Positions 11,090 to 22,203 of a stretch of DNA of 64,000 nt are shown here, in pieces. Position 1 is the stretch's first letter; each line of letters opens with the position of its first letter. This stretch comes from Aplysia californica (lineage: Eukaryota), in NCBI RefSeq assembly GCF_000002075.1, contig NW_004797297.1, forward strand, positions 1,975,701 through 2,039,700. The letters are read 5' to 3'. The notes beneath the pieces are model-generated. The model saw only the letters and a program-made list of their open reading frames with translations, searched no databases and was not told the origin of the DNA. A program made the position numbers and the translations under genes.

Positions 11090-13443
11090 AAGACGCGTGT
11101 TTTCAATGGACAGTCCCAACTTTTGACACCTTTCCCAGAGGATGTTGATGTCAAACCTATAATTTTTTTCAAAATGCTTGTGGGCGATGACTTTCTCAAT
11201 ACTTGTGCTGGTGAAACAAATGACTGCCCACCATAAAATGATGGCGTCGGACGAGGGAGAAAATAAATATCTAGAGTCGTGAAGCGATGTGACAGTCGCT
11301 GAAATGAAGCTGTTTCTTGCAGGTAGATCTAACTGATCTAATTTATAAATTTGTAGACCTAGATCTAATAAAAGTGTAGATCTATCTAGATCTAGAGTCT
11401 TTCAGGGGTCCCACTGTATACTAGAGTAGAAATTGCGCTCATGGTGTGTCGAAATAGGGAGGGTTGCATAATATGCAACATATTATGTTCTTTGTTTTTA
11501 GCCATTAGGTCTAGATATTATTTCAAATGTAAATCTGCTGGGACCTTCAAAAGACATAGATTCTAGATCTAGATCTAAATGTGCTTTTCTTTTCTGCAGT
11601 GCTGCTGAATATGGGCCTTGTCCCAAAGACTAATTTGAAAGACTGCTGGGTAAAAGGCGGTTCCACTAGAACACCGTGGTTTTCAAAGACAATGAGTTGG
11701 GACAGATTTCAACACATTCTTTGGAATTTCCATCTTACAAACGGAAATGGACCAAGATCCGGAAAAACCTAAAGACAAACTTTTCAAGGTTAGGCCGCTC
11801 ATCGACATGTGCCTGAAGAAATTTCCCAGTGCCCGTTCAAAGGCCGTCTCGTATTCAAAGTGTACAACCCTGCGAAACCGCACTCATTTGGCATAAAGTT
11901 GTACACTTTGTGCAAATCGTCAACAGGTTATTGCCAGTACTTTGACATATACCATGTACAACCTTCCCCTCTGTACCCAGCTGCGTGCACTACAGGCGTC
12001 TCTGACACTGTTGGGGCCACAGAGACGATCGTCGTTTGGTCTTGCGAAGGCAAATTGTCTCCTCAAGGGACACCATGTTTATTTACATGGACAATTTCTA
12101 CACGTCGCCTGCTCTTTTTGAGCATCTCTCCAGCACCTGCTCGACACATATGCGCGTGGAACTGTCCGTTCCAACAGAAGAGGCCTTCCGTCCGCATTTT
12201 CGTCTAATCAGAAGTTGAAGGAACTTCAAACCGTCACTCACCAAAAAGGGCCAATGATCGCCATAAAATTTCAGCATAAGCAAACTGTGCATATGGTGTC
12301 AACGATACATGGGGTGACAGGGCAGGTGATTTATAAAATAAGGCGACCTACAGTCATGAAACCCCCTTGTGTTGTGGATTACTGTAGCAAGATGGGTGGT
12401 GTTGACTTGATGGATCAAGTTACACAATATTACGAGATTTACCGAAGATCATTCAAACGGTGGAGGAAACTAGCGTTCTATTTGATAGATCTATGTATGG
12501 TCAATGCCTTTCAGCTGTATCTCAAATTTTCTCATGATAGAAAAAAGCTGTCTCACTCAGAATTCAGGAAGTCCGTCATCAGTGCTTTGGTTGTGGAAGG
12601 TCAGTCAACCAAAAAGCCTGCAAGTCAGGGTGGATCACGTTGCCAAACTACCGATGAAGCTCAACAACCATGGCTAACCGAGCGACACTTTAGTAAGTAC
12701 ATTCCTGCAGTTCCAGGATCAAAATGGAAGCATGCAGCCAGGGACTGCATTGTGTGTAATGTGCCTCCAACTGCACGAGAAAAATTCAAGCGTATCCAGA
12801 CAAGCCACTGGTGCGAGGAATGTGGTGTCGCCTTGTGCTACCCAGAGTGTTTCATCCTCTACCACACAGCAGGAGTATAAACAAGAGGCAAGGAGGAAGG
12901 AGTTTGGGGCATACAAGAAGCAGAGGGTCCAGTAAACATATGGATAGCAGCATGTAAAAAGCTGCAGCAACAGGATGAGTGGGGTTAGTGATTTACATTG
13001 TGCACATTACTGTACATACTTTCCGTTTCTTATCTGTTCCATAATATTACTCAACTTTCTTATTTATTCATTACAAACCCAGAAAATTGTTATGTTGTTT
13101 GTTTTACTAACTCTTGACGCTTAGCTGTGGACAACATTGTCAGCATTTATAGTATGAAGTCATTTTGAAATATGTATGACAGCCCAGAAATACCTCAAAT
13201 TTTACAGTCATGATTACATAATGATGAAACTATGCACACTTCACAAAATTTATTTTTTTGCATTTGCCGCAGGATCAATCTTTATTCATTTCTGAACAAA
13301 AAACTCTCTACATGTTATTGTCTGAGATCAATAGTTTTTATTCAGCTTGCAATATTCCAACATACCCTAAATTCATGAGAAAGTAAAATTTCAAGCCAGT
13401 CCTCAGGGGGAAATAACCAGTTTTCTGTATAGGACTTTAAGGG
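11090..13443 (+). pseudogene. Degenerate piggyBac (PGBD-like) transposon with an intron-containing transposase; right end GGG|TTAA
   Basis: Fragments: FFKMLVGDDFL..GETN; DVTVAEMKLFLA|VLLNMGL; MSWDRFQHILWNFH; PFKGRLVFKVYNPAKPHSFGIK; YMDNFYTS; KMGGVDLMDQ; Cys-rich tail CIVC...CEECGVALCYPECFILYH. There are frameshifts and stops. The right terminus ...TTTAAGGG (13441-13443) is followed by TTAA (13444-13447). The left end is missing. Confidence 0.85.
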
Positions 13444-13447
13444 TTAA

Positions 13448-14130
13448 AGTAAGTTAAAGCACCATAGGAGAAAGAGCGTCCAGGACTACAAATGCATCTC
13501 AAACGTTGGCACAATGACGAAAAAGTAACTTGCCATTGTTTTCAAGGAAGCATAGATCAAGTCTCACCCACATTGCAGAGAAAATGGCCCATGTGTTTGA
13601 AGCAGCTGGTCTCTCCCCGAGGAACCCTGTGAGACCTGACTACGCGAAATGCCAGGCTAGTGGGGTCTACAAGGTATCTCCAGCTGCCCCTAGCTCATCA
13701 CCATCTCCCTCTGCAGTTGAGCTCTCACCCTTCAGAGATGCAGAGAAAGAGAAAAAGAATGGAAAGAGAGGCTAACAAAGAGAAAATGGAAAAGGAAAGA
13801 GGGGCGAAAAGGAAGGCTAATGCCAATAAAAACAAAACAAAAGGGAAAGGCTTTGAAGAAAGAGGAAGACAGGTTGTGGTGAATGAAGGGGAAAGTGTTG
13901 AGAGTGACTGATGCAATGGACTACTAGTACATGGACAGTTCGGATGAAGAATGTATGGAAGCTCTTGAGCATATGTTGTCTAGGTATGATGAGAGTCGAG
14001 TGTTTTGAATGTGGGAATGACAGGATGGATGGATTAGGTGTGATCAGTGTGACAGATGGTACTGCAGAAGTTGCTCAAGGGCACAGAGATGGAACTGATT
14101 GTGGGCATGACTGAGGAGGAAGTGTTGGCA
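13448..14130 (+). pseudogene. pogo/Tigger-like (DDE_1) transposase C-terminal relic with basic tract and PHD-like Cys cluster
   Basis: LKHHRRKSVQDYK...MTKK*LAIVFKEA*IKS...VFEAAGLSPRNP, then a K/E-rich tract, then CFECG...CDQCDRWYCRSC read across frameshifts. Confidence 0.55.
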
Positions 14131-14149
14131 CCGAGTGGGTTCAAATTAC

Positions 14150-15850
14150 AAACTAAGTCTTTGTTAGAAATAGATGACCCTGACAAGGGATGATAAAAAA
14201 AATTGCTATCTGTGATATTTGTAAGACTGAATTTATTTATTCAAAGAGATCGACATCAAATTAATTAAGACACCTGCGAGCAAAGCACCCTAAATGAACT
14301 TGCGTCGTTTGAAGACACGTCAAGCTCTGCAACTACTTCTGCCACTGTTTCTGCCGTGCTTGCTGGTCCAAGTTCATCATGCAAGCAAGCGACCATTGCA
14401 GAAACTTTGGAAAGAGTGACAAAATACCCGTCAGGTAGTGATAGGAAAAAGGAACCTGACAAGTGCATCCTGGAACTTATCACTGTTGATATCCAGCCTC
14501 TGTCAATTCTTGAAAACAAAGCTTTCAGGAGGCTGGTACATGAACTGGACCCAAGATACGACATTGTGTCCAGGCACACTATCTCGTCTCAGTTGTTGCC
14601 AGCACAATACAAAGACCAGAAACAGCTTCTCATGGAGCAAATGGACCAAGTTGACCCCCCATCAATGTCACTATCGGTACTGATTATTGGACGTCAAAGC
14701 AGACCGAGTCTTACACAACAGTGACTGCACATTTTATCACACCCGAATGGAAGCTGCATTCCAGAGTTTTGAACACGGCTATCATGGAGTATGGAGCACC
14801 ACCATACAGTACAGGTAAACTTTGGCGTCAGAGGTATTCACTGACTGGGGCATTGGCAACAAAATCATGACTCGGGTAACAGACAATGTGGCCAATATGA
14901 GAGCAGCTGTTGAGCTATCTGGCTTTGGTGGATGCGATCAGCCATCAGGAAGACGGAACGTGCTTGAAGTCAAACAGATTGTGTCATTTTTTTCACCACA
15001 GTTCAAAGGCAAACAAAGCATTGAAAGAGGCGTGCAAAGCAAAACAAACTTCTCCACAAAAGTTGGTACAAGACAAGGAAACAAGGTGGAACAGCATGTA
15101 CGACTACGACATACTCAACTCGCACATGGACCAGCATGAACAAGTGACTACTGCACTGTGCCTGAATGGCAGACAGGAAATGTGCCTGACTTCTGGAGAC
15201 TTGGCCCTACTTCAGAAAGTTCTACAGACTTTGGAGCCATTTTACGGGGCCACCTTGAAAATGTCAAGCGAGCAGCAGACGTCAGTGTCCAAAGCTCACC
15301 ACTGGGGAAGTGCCTGAATGACCAACTTCACGAGAGATTCAGGAACTTGGACGAAAGAAATCATTTGAGATAAGCAATTTCATGGGACTCTAGGTTCAAA
15401 TGGGAAGGTTCCCCTGTAGACAAATTAAAAGAGCAGGCATGGGCCATTCCTTTGGCACAGCCACCGGTGCAAGAAGAAACGACCGGAGAAAGAGACATAG
15501 CTCCCTCACCTGCCAAACGAGTTTTTCAACTCTGGGCACACTTTGACCGGCTGGTCAAGAACAAGCAAAAGACAGCAGAGCCAATAGTAATGGGCAGAAC
15601 TGGACGTCCATCACTACTTACACTAAGTTAGAGTCAGAGCTTTCCCAAAAGGACGCCAAGACTGGTGGAGAGAGAATAAAGACTCATCAACAAAGCGGCT
15701 CTCGAATTGCTAAAGATGTACTTGCGATTCCTGCTACTTCCGTGCCCAGTGAGAGACTGGTTTTAAAAATGGGGAGCTTATCTCCATTAGAAAAGCTGCT
15801 TTGAAGCCATCCAATGTTGACATGATTTTGTTTCTGAGCAATGTAAGAAA
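14150..15850 (+). pseudogene. hAT (ZBED-like) transposase relic
   Basis: BED-finger remnant AICDICKTEF...HLRAKHP; DIQPLSILENKAFRRLVHELDPRY; TDYWTS; VTDNVANM; DKETRWNS; dimerisation motif LAIPATSVPSER. Multiple frameshifts. Confidence 0.85.
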
Positions 15851-16302
15851 CCACTCCCCCCGCCCATCATAAAATTATTGTTAAGATAATTATATATCAT
15901 TGAACCATAATTAGGCTGACTGTTTTGATTACCTTGTATGACTTTTAAAAAATATCTTGCAGTATCCACCAATTGCCCGAGTTGTATGGTCCTTATTAAA
16001 CTAATGTAAATTTGCCCTGCTGTCCCACCAGCGAATTGGTTGCCAGAGGTACACACCACACAGCACTCACTTTGTGGCTGCTTGATTATCTTTTCCCACA
16101 CGTTTCTGTGAATTCGGCATATTTTTGCATTTAAAATGTCTCGGATTTGCGCTGATTGAGAAAAGGCTTTCAGTTTTTGTCTTCCTCCATCAATATTTTG
16201 TTTGAGAAACTTCAAACAGTGGATCATCTCGGCCTGTCTGAAAAATATCCGGCATCGCCAAATATCAGCTTGATGACCAAAATGCTGGCGGGCACATGTT
16301 AA

Positions 16303-18984
16303 CTCTTTCTTTACGTATCGCCGCACACTGCGCCAAGGCGACCAAAAATTTATACGTTTCGCCGCACTGTGCGCCACGATGGGTTGTTTCGTATAACCCA
16401 ACTTCTCAATACCGCTTTTTAAGTAAAACTATAAGAACTGTTTCTATTTTCTTCAAGAAGAGTTCCCACTTCCTTTAGACGCTATTTGCAGTCAAATCGG
16501 TCGATTTTTCGCGAAATTCAAAGAAGTATTCTTCACCGACTTCACGCTAGAGTTTGTTTACCAAGCAGTGCGGTGATTGAAGATGAATCCAGACTCACAA
16601 CCTAGTACCTCTAGAGGCCGATTTTCGGCAGATCAAGCTAGAAACCTTATCCAGAGATGGATTGGAGATGACTCGGACTCGAGTGAAGAAACCAGTGATT
16701 GTGATTTGAATCTGAGTAGTGATGAAGAAGAGCAACCAACGTTAGATCTAGATCGTGGTGCTGATGAGAGCAGTGACGGTGAGGTGGAACCAGCTCCAAA
16801 GAGACAGTGCAAAGGGAAAGGAAAGGGCAAGTCTAGTACTAGGCCTAGATCTAGGTCTACTCAGTCTTCTGCAACTGCAACTGCTAAATCTAGATCTACT
16901 GTTTCTGATCCTCCTGCTACTGCTAGTGCTAGAGACAATGGTGGGTGGAGTCATATTGAGCATGGAGGAACAGCAAACACCATACGTTTTCTTCCGACAA
17001 AGGTTCCAGGTGTGTTGCCAGAATCTGGCTTGGATGAGAATTCAAGTGCCCTGGACTGTCTGTCTGTTCTGTTAGACCGTGAGGTGAAACAAGTTATTGT
17101 GACTTTCATCAATGACTATGCTGAAAAGAGAATAGCAGAGAAAAGTGGCAACTTTAGTCCTAGGTCGGTTTTTGCGCGTTGGAAGAAAATTACTGTCAAG
17201 GAGTTCGACAAATTTATGGCAGTGCTAATCCTGATAGGTTTAGATCGCCGTCCCGCCATCTCTGACTACTGGTCCATGTCACCCGAGTTCTGCACAGCAT
17301 GGTACCATAGTATGTTTCCCCGACAGAGGTTCCAGGACATATATCATTCCATGCTGCATGCTGGTGATAAAGATGCGGAAGGGAAGGATAAGATCGAGCC
17401 ATTCATGAATTTACTTCTTGGCAAATTCCGTGGGGCTTTTTATCCGTTCCAAGAATTGTCCATTGACGAAATGGTTATCGGTTTCAAGGGTCGATGGCAA
17501 TTCAAACAGTTCAACGCAAGCAAACCCAGCAAGTATCACATCAAGACGTTTGGTCTTTGTGATTCATCAACTGGGTATGTGATGAATATACTGACATATT
17601 TCGGCGCCAATACGTCATATGACCCTGAAGCAGATGCAGACAGTGGTGCAGCTGTGAAGATCTTCGACACGCTCCTCACCTGTGTTGACAGAGGTCACAA
17701 GATCTATGCTGACCGTTATTACACAACGAGGGCTCTTGTTGACCATCTGCTCAAAAAAAGGCACCACTACACCGGCACGCTTATGCTGAACAGAAAATCT
17801 TTTCCACCTCAGCTGAAAAACCTGAGTCTGCAACATCGACAAATGCGCTGGTTTCTCCATGAGAATGCAGATGTCCTGTGTGTGGCTTTTCGGGACAAAA
17901 AAGCCAAGAATCCAGTTGTTCTCGTTTCCACTGACGCACAGGTGGATACAACACGAGTCAAAGATGTTGACAAGCCGACTGTCATCCATGACTACAACAG
18001 TCACATGAATGGCTGTGACCTTCTTGACCAGAAGGTCACATATTACCCCGTCTTCTCCCGCAAATCAGTGAAGTGGTGGAAGAAGCTGTTCTTTTGGATG
18101 ATGGAGATAACTCAGGTCAATGCTTTCATTCTCTACACCCTCACAAGAACAGACGCGCAGAAGAAGATCGGGTTGAAAAAGTTCAAACTGATGCTCGTTC
18201 GGCAAATTGTCGAAAGTCTTGCTAACAGCAACAACGACAACAACAACGATAACAATGACGAGGCTAGAGCTCCAGGCAGACAACCGGAGAACAATCCAAT
18301 GGAGCGCATTCAAGGTACTCGTCACATCATCTCCTACGTGAAGCGTGACAGAAACTGTGTGGTGTGCTCTAAGGATGGGGCAAGAAAAAGAACTCACTTT
18401 GTCTGCCTTGGATGCAGTGGTGCACCCCATTTGCACCCTAAGGACTGTTTCCAAGCCTACCACAATGTCTAATTTGGCAATGAGACGGAACAGGATTGTA
18501 TATAGTGTAAAGATGTGAATATCTTCAGTGTGACATTTTTGGTGGGGTTTTTTCATCGATATTGTGGCGTAACTGTCGTGTAGATAAATGTGAATATTTC
18601 AAAAACTACTGGAGCTATTGTGATGAAACTTTCCTGGATTATTGCTACATGGATTACCAACAACTTCAGCTCATCTTCATGGATATTGACCAATTGGATT
18701 ATAATACTTGATTTGGTGAGTAGAAAAACATTTAGTGTGAATTTTTTTTTCTTCTTTTTTTTCTGTCTTTCTCTGTAATTCAACACACACAGTGTACAAA
18801 AATCAACACAAACCACACAGATATACATTCTACATTCAATTTCCTTTATTTTGATATATAGTTTATTATGTCTAAAGTGTTTAGTAACTTCAGTATATTG
18901 AAATTTGTATCACATGTATGTTAAAAAAATGTGCTGCCCGCCAGAGCTGCGTCACACTGAGATCTGGCCCGCGTATTCAAAGAG
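16303..18984 (+). mobile_element. Apparently full-length piggyBac transposon (2682 bp) with TTAA duplication
   Basis: TTAA lies at 16299-16302 and 18985-18988. The imperfect TIRs are CTCTTTCTTTACG (left) and CTCTTTGAATACG (right, reverse complement). There are left subterminal direct repeats TCGCCGCAC..TGCGCCA and a single long ORF inside. Confidence 0.88.
16583..18472 (+). CDS. piggyBac transposase (PGBD-like), uninterrupted, ~629 aa from the ATG at 16583
   Basis: Acidic Ser-rich N-terminus and basic NLS-like PAPKRQCKGKGKGK. Catalytic-triad motifs SIDEMVIGFKGR, YADRYYT and MNGCDLLDQK are intact. C-terminal Cys/His-rich domain CVVC...CLGC..PHLHPKDCFQAYH. Confidence 0.92.
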   Translation: MNPDSQPSTSRGRFSADQARNLIQRWIGDDSDSSEETSDCDLNLSSDEEEQPTLDLDRGADESSDGEVEPAPKRQCKGKGKGKSSTRPRSRSTQSSATATAKSRSTVSDPPATASARDNGGWSHIEHGGTANTIRFLPTKVPGVLPESGLDENSSALDCLSVLLDREVKQVIVTFINDYAEKRIAEKSGNFSPRSVFARWKKITVKEFDKFMAVLILIGLDRRPAISDYWSMSPEFCTAWYHSMFPRQRFQDIYHSMLHAGDKDAEGKDKIEPFMNLLLGKFRGAFYPFQELSIDEMVIGFKGRWQFKQFNASKPSKYHIKTFGLCDSSTGYVMNILTYFGANTSYDPEADADSGAAVKIFDTLLTCVDRGHKIYADRYYTTRALVDHLLKKRHHYTGTLMLNRKSFPPQLKNLSLQHRQMRWFLHENADVLCVAFRDKKAKNPVVLVSTDAQVDTTRVKDVDKPTVIHDYNSHMNGCDLLDQKVTYYPVFSRKSVKWWKKLFFWMMEITQVNAFILYTLTRTDAQKKIGLKKFKLMLVRQIVESLANSNNDNNNDNNDEARAPGRQPENNPMERIQGTRHIISYVKRDRNCVVCSKDGARKRTHFVCLGCSGAPHLHPKDCFQAYHNV

Positions 18985-20289
18985 TTAAGATTTTATATTA
19001 TGAGGACTTACAATACGACATGAAAGGTCTGAAGCAACCCAAGGACTGGCGAGAATCGGGTTTGATTTTTTTTTAAAAGTAGCCAACATGGTATCTATAG
19101 GGTCACAGACACATATTAACTCAGCTTCTGATCCCCCAGAAATTTTCCCCCTGATCTAAATGCGTCAAGACTGGCCACAATTTGTCTCTTAATTTAAGTC
19201 TCTACCACTATTCAAAATGACAATTGGTGCTATCCTGTTATACCGCCAGCCCCGCTGTATCGCCAGCGTCATGCTTGTCCCAAGATAGGTGGTATAATGG
19301 GGTTTGACTGTAAACTTAAATCATCCACAAAAAGACACATTTATAAAATTATTTACATGGACATTGGGCAGCCAGGGCTATTTAAATAGAAAAACCCTGA
19401 TTGACCGCGAGCCCCGCTATTCAACCAACTTTATGCACGTCCAAAGGGTGGAGGCATAACGAGGTTTGATCGTACGCATGATTTGATTACCCATTTTCAA
19501 AACTATGAAATTTTCCTTCTTTGGCGTTGTTAACCTTTATGGGACATGAAACTACATACATTGTTAATTGTACCTGGATTTCCTTTGTTGCAGGTTAATC
19601 TAAAATTGTCTGAATAAAATAAACCAAGACTGGGCCCTCATGGAATGTCAAAATAAAATAAAAAGAACACATTTACTTGTTTTGTGCATTTATGTCTACA
19701 CACTTTGTGTATTTGGATTGGTTGGCAACAGTTCGGTTGAAAATGTAATTTTAAAAAAAATTGATGATGGGTGAGTAGGCCTACCTACCTGTCAATAGGA
19801 GCTCAATAGAATTGTGGAAAAGGTTAAAATGTTCTCTTGCACATGTGACAAACTGTGGCTGAGTAAAAACAGATCCTGATACTGAAACTCCTTGAACTCA
19901 TGCTTCATCTCAGACAGGTATCTTGCTCGGGCTCCAGGTAGAAAAGCAAAAGAAAAGGGACTCTTGAACAGACTTGGAGAGAAACATTTCATGTTAGAGC
20001 TTCCCCAGACAGAGTGCTAACAAAGCTAAAATAAGATGCAGTCTGCACTGGCAAACACTGGGTAAGGCTTGAAGCTCACAGAAAAAGTCATATTCCATAC
20101 GTCACTCGTTATATCACTTGCCGCAATCTTTAATTTCCATATGCCGCTTACAGTGGAATGAGAAATTATAGACACTTGTCACATGCCGCTAATTCGACGA
20201 AAAAAAAACTTATAAGTCCTACAACTTTGGCCACTAGTCACACAGAACATTCGTACCTGTGTCAATGTCAACAACTAATAACTTGGCGA

Positions 20290-20560
20290 ACAATGAAACA
20301 CTGATTTATCTATGGTGGTTACCTAGAAAATATAATCAAAGAAAAAATAAAAGGCATTCAATGTTTGTGCGGCCCATTTATGCCTCTATTGAAGGAGAAT
20401 ATCACACTTTTTTAAAGAGATTATCAAAGATGAAGAGAATTTTATAAATTACGCAACGATGTCGCAGTCCTTATTCTATGAGCTTTTGTCATTTGTAAAA
20501 CCTCATATTCTCACAGATCGACCAATTACATTAAGTCCATATGTGCTCTGAGGAAAGACT
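20290..20560 (+). pseudogene. PIF/Harbinger transposase N-terminal relic
   Basis: RHSMFVRPIYASIEGEYHTFL...FINYATMSQSLFYELLSFVKPHI...TNY...EERL resembles the Harbinger HTH region; disrupted. Confidence 0.5.
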
Positions 20561-20666
20561 TGTCACACACCTACACACATTCACACACGCAAGAAAGAAA
20601 TTAGTTTCATTTTTTAAAAAAATTTCAGAACCAGATCAATGTATGGTGATAACAATGAGAATTATA

Positions 20667-21331
20667 CAGTGGAACTCTCAACGAGATGTGATAGATTCCC
20701 CGCAGACGTGGCTTTGCTAATTTTTTCTCCCAGAACAAACTTTATCTATTCTTGGAAACCATCCATTGCACTTTGCCAATTGCATGCGACTTAATCAGCG
20801 GCCTTTTTTCATACCAACACATGCGTTTTTGGCACACACACGTGTCTACTCTGGCGTGTGTTGGGGTCGGATGGGCGGCGGGCACTCGTGTGGCTGTGTG
20901 TGCGTGTCGAGGAGGGGGGGGGCTCTAGCGGCCCGGGAGTTGAACATCGCAGACACAAACGCGCCACAGTATTTCTTTCCCCGTCGGCAACTAATCATTA
21001 TTACAATGATAAGCTAGTCTAGACGTAGATCTACGTAATGAATTGTATGCTGGTCTATGGAATCAAAAGTTGCCGTATGCTAGGCTCTAAACAGCAACAC
21101 AACTTTTTGGCAAACAAGTGAGATGACACAGGCGTGCATTTGAACGAATTGGTTTTTTCACAGTTCATAATATGGAGGCATTTAAGGCACCACTTGTTAC
21201 TTCTCTTTATACATTATTTGCTCAAAGCCTGTAATTATCTACATAAAACCTCGTGTTTGCTATAACGAACACTCGGATTCAACGAGATTTTATGTCAGGC
21301 TCGGCGACCTCGCTGAATCCGAGTTTCACTG
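20667..21331. mobile_element. TA-flanked pogo/mariner-type MITE (same family as 8597-8750)
   Basis: Left end TA|CAGTGGAACTC-TCAACGAG (4-nt deletion relative to the family end); right end CTCGCTGAATCCGAGTTTCACTG|TA. Confidence 0.7.
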
Positions 21332-21782
21332 TACTCTTTTTAGCTGAGTTAACAATTCTGTCACAAAAATAACAAGCAACAACAAGGGATCTATTATGGC
21401 GTTGTAAATAAATGGACATTCTTTGACGAGATAAATTAGCCTCGTATTGATGTCAGTTTCTGCCTCATCCAAATGTTGTAATTATAGTTCAGTAGCCATA
21501 ATTTTTTTAACGTTTCCAAACTTAAAAAAAGCAGGAATATAATAGTTGACACTTGTTCATAGTCCGTCCAACGGCGAATGGAAGACAAAATTAATGAACA
21601 AGTGCATTACATTACGAACGGCTTGCACGAAGGGTGAAGCAGCACTTGAATGACGCCACATGACTTCTTCGGTGAGGTCAGCGGTGAGTGGTGAGTGACA
21701 AGTAATTTTTTTAAGTGACTGAAATTTTCGGCTGCTTGTATCAAACGCGTGGGGAAAAGTCTATCATTATGTACATGATATA

Positions 21783-21939
21783 CAGTCAAACCTGCTCTAA
21801 TGGCCACCTTTGTGAGACAATAACATGTACTAACGGTCACTTCCCATTTTCCGCATTTGCTTTTTTACTTTATAATGGCACTGTAAAATGGCCAATTTTC
21901 CCTTTGATAATAGGTGGCCATCTTAGACAACTACGACTG
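21783..21939. mobile_element. Short mariner-type MITE
   Basis: TA|CAGTCAAACCTGCTCTAATGGCCACC ... GGTGGCCATCTTAGACAACTACGACTG|TA. Confidence 0.6.
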
Positions 21940-22203
21940 TATGTATGCCTTTGAAAGCTCCATGTATGCGATGAAACTGTAAAAAAACCCCCCAAAAAAC
22001 TGAAACAAAAAGTTCATTTCATGGCTTAATTCTGTTTTCATCTATGTAGATCTATGCATTTTCATTTCAATTGTTCATGACTGAGAAATTTAATGTTTTT
22101 AGTATAGACACAAAGCGTAAGAGTAAATATGTGTATATTTGGGGGGTGGGGATGAAGCATTGGAATAAAACAGGAAATGAGCTATCTCTTGCCAGTTCCA
22201 GCA

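Noticed and set aside
15787-16401. 204-aa minus-strand ORF
   Set aside because: It crosses the piggyBac left terminus and the hAT relic, and has no convincing motif; probably chimeric or chance.
18065-18556. Antisense ORFs within the piggyBac (also 17615-18004)
   Set aside because: These are shadow frames of the transposase with no independent signals.
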